NCBI GenBank assembly: GCA_905478165.1
Contig: CAJQHK010000001.1
Span: forward strand, 2,754 to 66,753
Origin: an uncultured Rickettsiales bacterium
GTDB lineage: Bacteria > Pseudomonadota > Alphaproteobacteria > Rickettsiales > UBA1997
Length of the DNA stretch: 64,000 nucleotides
Direction of reading: 5' to 3'
Below the pieces are notes generated by a model that made no database searches, was not told the origin of the DNA, and saw nothing but the letters and a program-made list of their open reading frames with translations. Both the position numbers and the translations under genes were made by a program. Below, piece after piece: positions 48,366 through 57,229 of the stretch (position 1 is its first letter; every line of letters begins with the position of its first letter).

Positions 48366-49166
48366 ATGTCAACAACTGTCAATAAAAGCAAAAAACCCAC
48401 AACCTTGAAGGAGTCTGCTCGGTTTTGGTGGTCTGTTTTTTGGAGGTCTCATCTAATTAGCATCGCTTTACTGATCTTTGTGACTTGCGGCTTTTACGTT
48501 ACCAACTCCAATAACAGCGCCCAATCTTTTTCATTAATAATTCTATCTTTTTTATATCCCGGTAGTTACCAAGCTGCTGCCTTCCTACTTTCTCTTTTAA
48601 TATTTTTTAGAATCTTAAAGAATAATGTGGGATCAGCAAATATTTCCGCTATTTTTTGGCCATTTATTTGGAGATACACCGCCTCTATAGTTGCGATATA
48701 TACCATATGGTTCTGCACTTTTTACCTAATGTTATCGCTATCTTTTAATATTAATCACGAGCTTTACATACCAAGTTGGAATCTTAACCTAAATTACTTT
48801 ATAGCTAGTCTAATATCTGTCATATTAGGGGTCGCCTTGGTGTCTCGCACTTGCTCTCTTGGTCGAAGATCTGTCTCTATATTAATTGCGATCTATATGA
48901 TATTTGCTTTAATCACATATATTTTGTCACCATTTTTTTTCTTATTCCTATATAAATCCAGTGCACTTTTTATCTACAGCTATCCCACCACACACAACAG
49001 CACCGTTGACAATCTTTTGTTAGGCATGTATTTGTTCGTGATTTTGGCTGGCATACTTTCAAAGAGTAGAATTTATCAAGTCATTTTCAACAATGGCTTG
49101 CTTAAATATTCTGCAATTAAAGATCTTAATATTACTAAAATTAAGATCGGAAAATTTTCAATATAA
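48366..49166 (+). CDS. hypothetical polytopic membrane protein
   Basis: 266 aa with about 7 hydrophobic segments. No family was recognised. It is tightly packed between uvrA and aroC. Confidence 0.5.
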   Translation: MSTTVNKSKKPTTLKESARFWWSVFWRSHLISIALLIFVTCGFYVTNSNNSAQSFSLIILSFLYPGSYQAAAFLLSLLIFFRILKNNVGSANISAIFWPFIWRYTASIVAIYTIWFCTFYLMLSLSFNINHELYIPSWNLNLNYFIASLISVILGVALVSRTCSLGRRSVSILIAIYMIFALITYILSPFFFLFLYKSSALFIYSYPTTHNSTVDNLLLGMYLFVILAGILSKSRIYQVIFNNGLLKYSAIKDLNITKIKIGKFSI

Positions 49167-49169
49167 TTG

Positions 49170-50228
49170 ATGACAAATACATTTGGGAAGTTATTTTCCT
49201 TCACATCATTTGGCGAGTCTCATGGGCCAGCAATTGGCTGCGTAATTGACGGTTGCCCACCACTGATCGAAATCGAAGAGCAAGATATTCAAAAAGATCT
49301 AGATCGTCGTCGTCCAGGTACTTCAAAATTTGTTACCCAAAGGAATGAGCCTGATAAGGTAAAAATTTTATCGGGCATCTTTGAGGGAAAGACAACGGGG
49401 ACTCCAATCGCCTTACTAATTGAAAACCAAGATCAAAAATCAAAAGATTATTCTGATATCAAGGATAAATTTCGCCCATCTCACGCAGATTATACTTATT
49501 TTAAAAAATATGGCATCAGAGATTATCGTGGTGGCGGTAGATCGTCGGCAAGAGAGACTGCGGTGAGGGTTGCGGCTGGAGCTGTAGCTAAGAAATTTCT
49601 AAAAAAACATAATATTGAAATTACTGGCTATATTTCTCAAATTGGATCAATAAAGATTGATAAAAATAATATCAATTATAACCAAATTTCAAAGAATGAC
49701 TTCTTTTGCCCCGACATTAATAAGGTTACAGAATTAGAAGATTATTTAACAAAAATTAAAAAAGAGGGGGACTCGATTGGCGCGATAATAGAAATTGTAG
49801 CTAAAAATGTACCAGCTGGCCTTGGTGAGCCAGTTTACAACAAGCTTGATACTGCGCTAGCGGCAGCAATGATGAGTATTAATGCCGTAAAAGCGGTTGA
49901 AATCGGATCTGGTTTTGACGTTGCAACAAAAAGAGGTAGCGAGGTCTCGGATGAAATTTCAATGGATGGCAATGAGGTGAGTTTTTCTAACAATAATTCT
50001 GGTGGCATCTTAGGTGGAATCTCTTCTGGCCAAGATATCATTATTCGTTTTGCTGTAAAACCAACCAGCTCAATTCTAAAAGAAAAAAATACTATTGATA
50101 AATTTGGCAACAACACCACATTAATTACCAAAGGTCGTCACGACCCCTGCGTTGGAATTCGAGCGGTACCAATTGGCGAAGCAATGGCAGCTTGCGTTTT
50201 ACTCGATCATTTTTTACTAAAAAAATAA
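49170..50228 (+). CDS. aroC: chorismate synthase
   Basis: About 352 aa with [16 protein letters not shown] and RHDPC. Confidence 0.95.
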   Translation: MTNTFGKLFSFTSFGESHGPAIGCVIDGCPPLIEIEEQDIQKDLDRRRPGTSKFVTQRNEPDKVKILSGIFEGKTTGTPIALLIENQDQKSKDYSDIKDKFRPSHADYTYFKKYGIRDYRGGGRSSARETAVRVAAGAVAKKFLKKHNIEITGYISQIGSIKIDKNNINYNQISKNDFFCPDINKVTELEDYLTKIKKEGDSIGAIIEIVAKNVPAGLGEPVYNKLDTALAAAMMSINAVKAVEIGSGFDVATKRGSEVSDEISMDGNEVSFSNNNSGGILGGISSGQDIIIRFAVKPTSSILKEKNTIDKFGNNTTLITKGRHDPCVGIRAVPIGEAMAACVLLDHFLLKK

Positions 50229-50304
50229 AAATATTTTGACACACTACCAACCCCCATCTTTAGGGCGGTTTTTAAAAACCTTTAGCGCAAATGTTAATTA
50301 GCCA

Positions 50305-51822
50305 CTACTTAACAACAAGACTCTTGCCGCTCATTTCAGTTGGCTGTTTAATGTTCATTAGACTTAGTATTGTTGGAGCAATATCAGATAAAGCTCCGTC
50401 TTTTAGATAAAATTGACTCGAATTGTTTGATACTAAGATCAATGGTACGGGATTTAAAGTGTGAGACGTGTGTGGGTTTCCGCCCTCATCAACCATATCC
50501 TCAATATTGCCATGATCGGCAGTTATTAACATTGCACCATCAATCTTCAAAATTTCCAACTCTAGCTGTTTAATTTCTTTATCGATTACTTCACAAGCTG
50601 TAATTGCAGAATTTAAAACCCCGCTATGACCAACCATGTCTGGATTAGCATAATTTACAACAATAAAATCATATTTATTAGATTTAATTTGCTCAACAAT
50701 ATTTCTGGTTACTTCTGCCGCAGACATTTCTGGCTTTAAATCGTAAGTGGTAACATTTGGAGATTTAATTAAAATGCGATCTTCAAAATTAAATTTTCTC
50801 TCTCTACCTCCACTAAAAAAGAAGGTTACATGAGCATATTTTTCGGTTTCCGCAATCCTTAATTGAGTTAAGCTATTGTTTTGCAAAATTTCGCCTAATG
50901 AATTTTTAACATTGCCAGATGGAAATAAAATTTCCTGAAATCTATCTAATTCATCAGAATAACTAGTCATGGCAATCTGTGAGCTAAAATTAATTTTCTT
51001 AACCCTAAATTCCGTAAAATCTGGATCTAAAATTGCCGAACAAATTTGCCTTACTCGATCAGACCTAAAATTAGCACAAATAATATCCTCACCATCCTTA
51101 ATACCATTATAATCACCAACTACGCTTGGCAGAATAAACTCATCAGTAATATTTTGTTGATAATGGTCACAAATAACATCAAGAACTGTGCCATATTTTT
51201 TGCCATTACCAAAAATTATTGAATCATAAGATAGCTTAATACGATCCCACTTTTGATCACGATCCATAGCATAATATCTACCTGAAATTGTTGCAATTTG
51301 AATGTTTTTATTATCACCAACAATCTTATTAAACTTAGCGAAATCGTCAATTGCAGCTTTTTGAGGAACGTCTCTTCCGTCTAAAAAAGCATGAATCTTA
51401 ACTAAAAATCCATTTTTTGACAAGAATTTAGCCAAATATATAATGTGATCAAGGTGAGAGTGTACGCCTCCAAAAGAAAAGAGGCCCATCAAATGACAAA
51501 CCTTATTTTCTTTTTTAACAATTAATTTTTGTAGAATTGGGTTATTCTTGAGATTATCCGTCTCAACCTCTTTATTAATCTTTGGTAAATTTTGATATAT
51601 AACTCTTCCAGACCCAATAGAAACATGCCCAACTTCGGAATTACCAATCTGCCCCTTAGGAAGGCCAACGTCAAGACCAGAAGTTTTAATTTCAGAATGC
51701 GGGTATTTTTCTAGTATTTTGTCGTAATTTGGCGTTTTTGCCTTATAAATGGCATTGTTCTCACACTTTTTTCCAACTCCCCAACCATCAAGAATACAAA
51801 GCAATGTTGTTTTTTTAGTCAT
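50305..51822 (-). CDS. gpmI: 2,3-bisphosphoglycerate-independent phosphoglycerate mutase
   Basis: 505 aa with the iPGM pattern (LCILDGWG, GNSEVGH, ADHGN). Confidence 0.93.
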   Translation of the reverse strand: MTKKTTLLCILDGWGVGKKCENNAIYKAKTPNYDKILEKYPHSEIKTSGLDVGLPKGQIGNSEVGHVSIGSGRVIYQNLPKINKEVETDNLKNNPILQKLIVKKENKVCHLMGLFSFGGVHSHLDHIIYLAKFLSKNGFLVKIHAFLDGRDVPQKAAIDDFAKFNKIVGDNKNIQIATISGRYYAMDRDQKWDRIKLSYDSIIFGNGKKYGTVLDVICDHYQQNITDEFILPSVVGDYNGIKDGEDIICANFRSDRVRQICSAILDPDFTEFRVKKINFSSQIAMTSYSDELDRFQEILFPSGNVKNSLGEILQNNSLTQLRIAETEKYAHVTFFFSGGRERKFNFEDRILIKSPNVTTYDLKPEMSAAEVTRNIVEQIKSNKYDFIVVNYANPDMVGHSGVLNSAITACEVIDKEIKQLELEILKIDGAMLITADHGNIEDMVDEGGNPHTSHTLNPVPLILVSNNSSQFYLKDGALSDIAPTILSLMNIKQPTEMSGKSLVVK

Positions 51823-52099
51823 TTTCCATTAAAAATACCCTTTCTTTTTGTAAATCAATATCAAACAAAACTAATTCTAGAGAATTACCATCATCCTCCA
51901 TTGATATCACCTCCGCTTCGTGAGATTGATTGTTATTGAGATCAAAAATTTCAATTACTAAACCTACCCTGGTTAAGTTGTTGGACCCTATATCTATCAT
52001 ATTTGTAGAATCTTTTTCGTGTCCTACCCAAGCAAAAGAACTGCTCACAAAGGCAAAAAAAGATATGATTGCGAATAAGTTGGTAATTATTTTCTTCAT
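51815..52099 (-). CDS. hypothetical small secreted protein
   Basis: 94 aa with a signal peptide MKKIITNLFAIISFFAFVSSSFA. Its stop overlaps the gpmI start by 8 nt (ATGACTAA). Confidence 0.4.
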   Translation of the reverse strand: MKKIITNLFAIISFFAFVSSSFAWVGHEKDSTNMIDIGSNNLTRVGLVIEIFDLNNNQSHEAEVISMEDDGNSLELVLFDIDLQKERVFLMEND

Positions 52100-52209
52100 T
52101 AAATAATTGATATATTACGACTTATGGCTGAATTAATATATTGCAAATTTAAAAAAAATAAAAGAAAATAGCAATTAAATTAAATTTTCTTGGAAATTTT
52201 AAAATAAGG

Positions 52210-52286
<77 letters not shown>

Positions 52287-52298
52287 TAATCAATTTTG

Positions 52299-52628
52299 AT
52301 GACAAACTTACAATTAATTTTATTAATAATTCAGATCATAGTTGTATCATTTATGATAATTCTGGTTTTGGTACAAAAATCTGGAAACAATTCTCTTAGT
52401 GGTATTGGCGCTAGCGGTGGAGTTAATTCTGCAATATCATCTAAAGCTGGAAATGCAGCCGTTACTAAATCTATAATGGTGTTAGTTGCTATTTTTATGG
52501 GCAACAGCCTTATTTTGGCCACAATTACAGCGAGATCTGCTGACTCGTCTATATCTAAAATTGAGAAGGTTATTGAAGAGCAAAAAAAAGCAAATACATT
52601 ACAAACTCCAAATATTTCCGATGAATAG
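52299..52628 (+). CDS. secG: preprotein translocase subunit SecG
   Basis: About 109 aa with two TM helices separated by a glycine/serine-rich loop (SGIGASGGVNS). Confidence 0.8.
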   Translation: MTNLQLILLIIQIIVVSFMIILVLVQKSGNNSLSGIGASGGVNSAISSKAGNAAVTKSIMVLVAIFMGNSLILATITARSADSSISKIEKVIEEQKKANTLQTPNISDE

Positions 52629-53736
52629 TACACTCTCCATAAAAAAAACATCTTTAAACCAAGTTCATAAAGATCAAAAAGGGAAAATGGTTGAATTTGC
52701 TGGCTATGAAATGCCGGTAGAATATTCATTCGGCATGTTAAAGGAGCATGAGTGGGTTAGGGGAGATAATATCGGCCTATTCGACGTATCTCATATGGGG
52801 CAAATTACTATTGAAGGACCAAATTCTGCTGAATTCTTGTCAAAATTAACGCCGAGTAACTTTAAGATTGCCAAAAATAACTTAGCAAAATATACGGTAT
52901 TAACCAATGAAAAAGGCGGTATTATTGATGATTTAATTATCACAAGAATCGCTGAAGATAAGTTTTTTATTGTTATTAATGCTGGCTGCAAAGAAAAAGA
53001 CATCGCTTGGATTACAAAAAACCTACCCAAAGAACTGACTTTAACTAAACTAGACAACCGCTCTTTAATTGCTATTCAAGGATTGAAAGCGGAAGAAGTT
53101 TTACAAAATTTTATTACAAAAGGCCGCTTATCAGAGTTGCCTTACATGAATCTAGGTGAATTTACTTTAAAAAATGGTCAAAATATTTTTATTAGCAGAA
53201 CTGGATACACTGGAGAGGACGGTTTTGAAGTAAGTATTGATGATTCTGATGCTAGTGATTTTTGGCTAGAATTATGTCAAAACGAGCTTGTTAGACCAAT
53301 TGGACTTGGAGCTAGAGATAGCTTAAGATTGGAAATGGGGTATCCATTATATGGTCACGACCTTAATGAAGAAACAAGCCCGGTTGAGGCAGGATTATCT
53401 TGGGTTGTCAGTAAAACTAATGACAGTTTTTTTGGCTCCGACAGAATCATTCCTGAAAAAGCAAATGGCGCTAAAATTAAACGAGTTGGCATTAAGGTTC
53501 TTGAAAAAGGAATAGCAAGAGAGGGTGCAAAAATTGAAAGAGATGGCAAAACCATTGGAAAACTAACCAGTGGAGGATTTTCTCCAACATTAAAGACTTC
53601 AATTGGACAAACATATCTACCTTCCGATATTGCGATCAATGGTGAAAAACTACATGTAATCGTCAGAAATAGAAAAATTTTAGCTGAAATTTGTTCTCCA
53701 AATTTTTTGCCAGCCAGAACAAAAAGCAATAAATAA
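52621..53736 (+). CDS. gcvT: glycine cleavage system aminomethyltransferase
   Basis: The track ORF is trimmed to MNSTLSIKKTSLNQVHKDQKGKMVEFAGYEMPVEY, the canonical GcvT N-terminus. It overlaps the secG stop by 8 nt. Confidence 0.92.
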   Translation: MNSTLSIKKTSLNQVHKDQKGKMVEFAGYEMPVEYSFGMLKEHEWVRGDNIGLFDVSHMGQITIEGPNSAEFLSKLTPSNFKIAKNNLAKYTVLTNEKGGIIDDLIITRIAEDKFFIVINAGCKEKDIAWITKNLPKELTLTKLDNRSLIAIQGLKAEEVLQNFITKGRLSELPYMNLGEFTLKNGQNIFISRTGYTGEDGFEVSIDDSDASDFWLELCQNELVRPIGLGARDSLRLEMGYPLYGHDLNEETSPVEAGLSWVVSKTNDSFFGSDRIIPEKANGAKIKRVGIKVLEKGIAREGAKIERDGKTIGKLTSGGFSPTLKTSIGQTYLPSDIAINGEKLHVIVRNRKILAEICSPNFLPARTKSNK

Positions 53737-54095
53737 TGCCTCACATAGTTTTAGAATATAGCTCAAACATCGCTAAAAAAAACATATCTTTTTCTGAAGA
53801 GCTTTTTCCTAAAATACATAACTTGCTAGTTAAAAATTTAGATGCAGATATTGAGGCCTGCAAAAGCAGGGCAATAAAGTTTGAAGACTTCTACCTGTCA
53901 GACGGTAACAAAGAGAAATCTTTTGTTTTTTTTGAGGTTAAAATCCTACCAGGCAGGTCGAAAATTAAAATAGAAAGCTTTTCTCAAAATTTACTAGAAT
54001 TGGCAAAAAATTACTTCTCTAACTCTGTGGAGAAAAAAAATCTTGCTATTTCCGTAAATATTGTTGAAATGAACTGCTATAATAAAATTAATTAA
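53736..54095 (+). CDS. 5-carboxymethyl-2-hydroxymuconate isomerase-like (tautomerase-related) protein
   Basis: 119 aa. The N-terminal MPHIVLEYSSNI and the central FVFFEVKILPGRS parallel the CHMI/HpcD pattern (MPHxxxExSxN ... FVHxxLKIGxGRS). Confidence 0.65.
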   Translation: MPHIVLEYSSNIAKKNISFSEELFPKIHNLLVKNLDADIEACKSRAIKFEDFYLSDGNKEKSFVFFEVKILPGRSKIKIESFSQNLLELAKNYFSNSVEKKNLAISVNIVEMNCYNKIN

Positions 54096-54106
54096 ATTTA
54101 AAAATC

Positions 54107-54481
54107 ATGGTACTTAGATTTACAAAAGATCACGAATGGATAGAAGTTGAGGGTGACGAAGGAACTATCGGCATTAGCAAGCATGCAGTTGAAGCTCTTG
54201 GTGAGTTAGTTTATGTTGAGCTTCCTGAAATTGGAGCGGCATTTACTAGAAGCGACGCCTTTGCAGTTGTCGAATCTGCCAAATCAGCCTCCGATGTCTA
54301 CATACCTATTTCTGGCGAAGTGATTGCCGTTAACAACATTCTTAACGACCATCCAGAAAGAATTAATCAGTGCCCTCAAAAAGAAGGGTGGCTAATTAAA
54401 ATTAAATTAGATGGTAGCAATAAACTTGACGACTTAATGGATCAAGACGCTTATGACCAGTATTTAAAAAACAACGAGTAG
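54107..54481 (+). CDS. gcvH: glycine cleavage system H protein
   Basis: 124 aa with the lipoyl-lysine motif VESAKSASDVY. Confidence 0.92.
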   Translation: MVLRFTKDHEWIEVEGDEGTIGISKHAVEALGELVYVELPEIGAAFTRSDAFAVVESAKSASDVYIPISGEVIAVNNILNDHPERINQCPQKEGWLIKIKLDGSNKLDDLMDQDAYDQYLKNNE

Positions 54482-54554
54482 AGCCTTGTAAATCGAGGCG
54501 GGCCCAAGATTGTTGTCGAAAAATCTATTTAATCTTTATAAGATATCATTAATT

Positions 54555-54998
54555 ATGACCAATCAAAAACAAAAAATTATCAGTATTCTTAATAAAGTCT
54601 TAGAAACTGAATTGGCAGGAGTGGTGAGGTATACCCACTACTCTTTGATGATCTTTGGCCACAATAGAATTCCAATTGTCGAGTGGTTAAAAGGGCAGGC
54701 AAGCGAGTCCCTGCTCCATGCTGGAGAGGCTGGAGAAATGATCACTCATTATGGTGGTCACCCTTCCCTTGCTATCGGGACATTATTAGAGACCGAGAAT
54801 CACAATATTGACGCCATCTTAGAGGAGTCAAGGCAGCACGAAAGCAAATCTCTTGATTTATACAAAAATTTACTAAAATTAACCGAAGGTGTTGCTGACT
54901 ATATTTTAGTTAGAGAATATGCAGTACAAAAGATTGTCGAAGAAGAGTCCCATCTTGGCGAGGTCGATAAAATGCTTCGTAAAGAGGGTAGTCTGTAA
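54555..54998 (+). CDS. bacterioferritin-like (ferritin superfamily) protein
   Basis: The start is trimmed to the ATG at 54555. It has a four-helix ferritin-like pattern with di-iron ligand contexts (ETELAGVVRY, SESLLHAGE, EEESHLGEV). Confidence 0.62.
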   Translation: MTNQKQKIISILNKVLETELAGVVRYTHYSLMIFGHNRIPIVEWLKGQASESLLHAGEAGEMITHYGGHPSLAIGTLLETENHNIDAILEESRQHESKSLDLYKNLLKLTEGVADYILVREYAVQKIVEEESHLGEVDKMLRKEGSL

Positions 54999-55114
54999 TA
55001 ATTTAAATTTTGAGCCGCATTTTAACTCAAATTTTTATCTAAAACAGAAACTCACACATAGTACAACATTTCTCTTGTATTTTTTTTCTAAAAACTAAAA
55101 ACAGCGCTACATCA

Positions 55115-56602
55115 TTAGGTGGATCTGTACCCAATAGCTTCCGACAAATGATGTTGCTCGATTTTTTTACTATTCTCAAGGTCGGCGATTGTTCTAGAAA
55201 CTTTTAAAATTCTAACAAAACCTCTCATAGAGATGTCCAACTTACTGACGGCCTTTTCAATTAAATCTCTATTTTTGCCAGTAAAATCAAAAGTTTTCTC
55301 AATTTCACTATTGCTATTGTGACTATTTAACTTTCCTGATCTTTGATATTGAGCTTCTCTGGCAAAGACCACTCTTTTAAAAATATCTTTCGAACTTTCC
55401 TCCGCAGTTTCGATATTTTTAGTAAAAATGTTGATCTGAGGTACATTGATAATAATATCCATACGATCTAAAATTGGCCCAGAAATTTTGGCCTGATAAT
55501 CTTGGCCACATTTTGGCGCCCTGTTGCAAGATTTATTTGCATCGCCTAAATAGCCGCATCGACAAGGGTTCATGGCGGCAATTAATTGAAAATTAGCTGG
55601 ATAAGTAATATGAGAGTTAGCTCTAGAAATGGTCACAACATTGTCCTCAATTGGCTGGCGCAAAGAGTCCAAAACTTGCCTTGGGAACTCGCCAAGTTCA
55701 TCTAAAAATAATACGCCATTATGAGCTAAAGAAATTTCGCCAGGCTTAGTCTTCATTCCTCCACCTACCATGGCCGGCATGGAGCAAGAGTGGTGTGGCG
55801 CGCGAAATGGTCTATTGGTGATTAATTCACCATCCTTAATATTGCCAGAAACGCTATTGATCATATTTACCTCCAACATCTCCTCAATAGTTAGTTTTGG
55901 CAAGATTCCTGTTAATCTAGCGGCAATCATTGACTTTCCAGATCCTGGAGGGCCAACCATGAGAAGATTATGCCCTCCGGCAGCAGAAATCTCTAAAGCT
56001 CTTTTTACTCTTTTTTGCCCCTTAACTTCAGAAAGGCAAGGATAGGATATAGTTTTTTGACTAAAATTTTGTTCTGGCCGCGATAGAATTTGTGTTCCTT
56101 TGAAGTGGTTAATTAGTTGCAAAAGGTTGTCCGGAGCCAAAACGCCAATATTACTGGAAGCATAAACCGCCTCTGGTCCAGATTTTTCGGGGCAGATCAC
56201 GTTACCACCAAATTCGTTGGCAGTAATTGATGCCGACAAAATACCATTTACTGGTTTAATTTTACCATTTAACGACAATTCTCCAAGACAGTAGTAACTC
56301 TCTAATTCTAATTTATCAATAATTTTTATCTCGCTTAAAATGCCAAGAGCAATTGCTAAATCAAAATGACTACCTTCCTTTTCAAGGTCTGCTGGCGCTA
56401 GATTGACGGTAATTCTTTTTGCCGGGATTTCTAGTCCAATAGAGTTTATTGCCGCCCTAATTCTTTCTCGCGATTCCGCAAGCGCTTTATCTGGAAGTCC
56501 GACAATATTAAAGACTTGCTGTCCAGATGAAATTTTGACTTCAACATCAACAGGGACGGCTGTGATACCAATAAAGGTGAAGGTTTTGATAGTGGTTACC
56601 AT
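55115..56602 (-). CDS. YifB/ComM family Mg-chelatase-like AAA+ ATPase
   Basis: 495 aa. An N-terminal Lon-protease-like domain is followed by Walker A GPPGSGKS and Walker B VLFLDELGEF, then a C-terminal ChlI-type domain. Confidence 0.88.
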   Translation of the reverse strand: MVTTIKTFTFIGITAVPVDVEVKISSGQQVFNIVGLPDKALAESRERIRAAINSIGLEIPAKRITVNLAPADLEKEGSHFDLAIALGILSEIKIIDKLELESYYCLGELSLNGKIKPVNGILSASITANEFGGNVICPEKSGPEAVYASSNIGVLAPDNLLQLINHFKGTQILSRPEQNFSQKTISYPCLSEVKGQKRVKRALEISAAGGHNLLMVGPPGSGKSMIAARLTGILPKLTIEEMLEVNMINSVSGNIKDGELITNRPFRAPHHSCSMPAMVGGGMKTKPGEISLAHNGVLFLDELGEFPRQVLDSLRQPIEDNVVTISRANSHITYPANFQLIAAMNPCRCGYLGDANKSCNRAPKCGQDYQAKISGPILDRMDIIINVPQINIFTKNIETAEESSKDIFKRVVFAREAQYQRSGKLNSHNSNSEIEKTFDFTGKNRDLIEKAVSKLDISMRGFVRILKVSRTIADLENSKKIEQHHLSEAIGYRST

Positions 56603-56636
56603 AATTATTATTTATTTGCGGTAATTAAGCTAATAC

Positions 56637-56807
56637 AATACTAACTTTAACTTATAATGCAGTATGTAGAAAAATATTTTAGGATTAAAATTGCTAAAAA
56701 AGACGGGCCTACCTTAATAGAGTGCAAGGCTTTTTTGCAACTAGAAGCTTAAAAAATGAAACTAGGTCATGCTATTATTTGTCCAATACTATAATGAGAA
56801 TTGGTAC
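56637..56807 (+). repeat. palindromic TIR-bounded dispersed repeat, copy D
   Basis: Aligns with copy A through the segments ataatgcagtatgtagaaaaatattttaggattaaaattgctaaaaaa and gagtgcaaggcttttttgcaactagaag, and it ends in gagaattggtac. The left terminus is degenerate. Confidence 0.8.
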
Positions 56808-57017
56808 AACACTATTTAAACTAGATGATAATTCACCCCCAAGTCAAGCTTTTTTGGAAATTACTATCTAAGAAGGCTCTGAAAAATCTATATACGCACC
56901 TTAGTAACCGTCTTTTTTACTTAGATTTACACTCTTTTTAGCCTAAAAGTTAATAAATTCTAGACTAAAATATTACGATTCTAAGGTCTTTGTAAGTTCC
57001 TTAGTCTTGCCTCCGCC

Positions 57018-57129
57018 ATCATCTCTTTATCAAAAAGCCTTATACCCTATTAATATAGGGCAGACATGCTTTAATAGTTTGTAAATAAAAATATTTTGAA
57101 AAAACTGCTTTAAAGATGGAAATTGGCAT
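57018..57129 (-). repeat. palindromic TIR-bounded dispersed repeat, copy E (left part degenerate or truncated)
   Basis: Aligns with copy B through aaaaagccttataccctattaatatagggcagacatgctttaatagtttgtaaataaaaatattttgaaaaaactgctttaaagatggaaattggcat. It may extend to about 56960. Confidence 0.75.
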
Positions 57130-57229
57130 TATATATTTTTAAATAGCATGGCGCCAAACTTTATCTAAAATATAAAAAAACATTTCGTTAAAATTGAAAC
57201 TCAAAACTTAACACAACTAGAAGAATAAA

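Noticed and set aside
50244-50290. Repeat-terminus-like motif followed by the perfect palindrome ggtttttaaaaacc between the convergent genes aroC and gpmI. It was considered as a bidirectional terminator feature.
   Set aside because: The stem is almost entirely A/T and short. The idea is plausible but not supportable as an annotated terminator without transcript 3'-end data. The repeat-terminus-like motif (50244-50262) is mentioned under the repeat-family finding only.
52486-52620. 45-codon 5' extension of the gcvT ORF in the track. Comparable extensions occur on pgi (3584-3640), purQ (12230-12262) and murG (20198-20230).
   Set aside because: The extensions overlap the upstream genes in another frame and precede canonical family N-termini. 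Internal ATGs give the expected protein starts.
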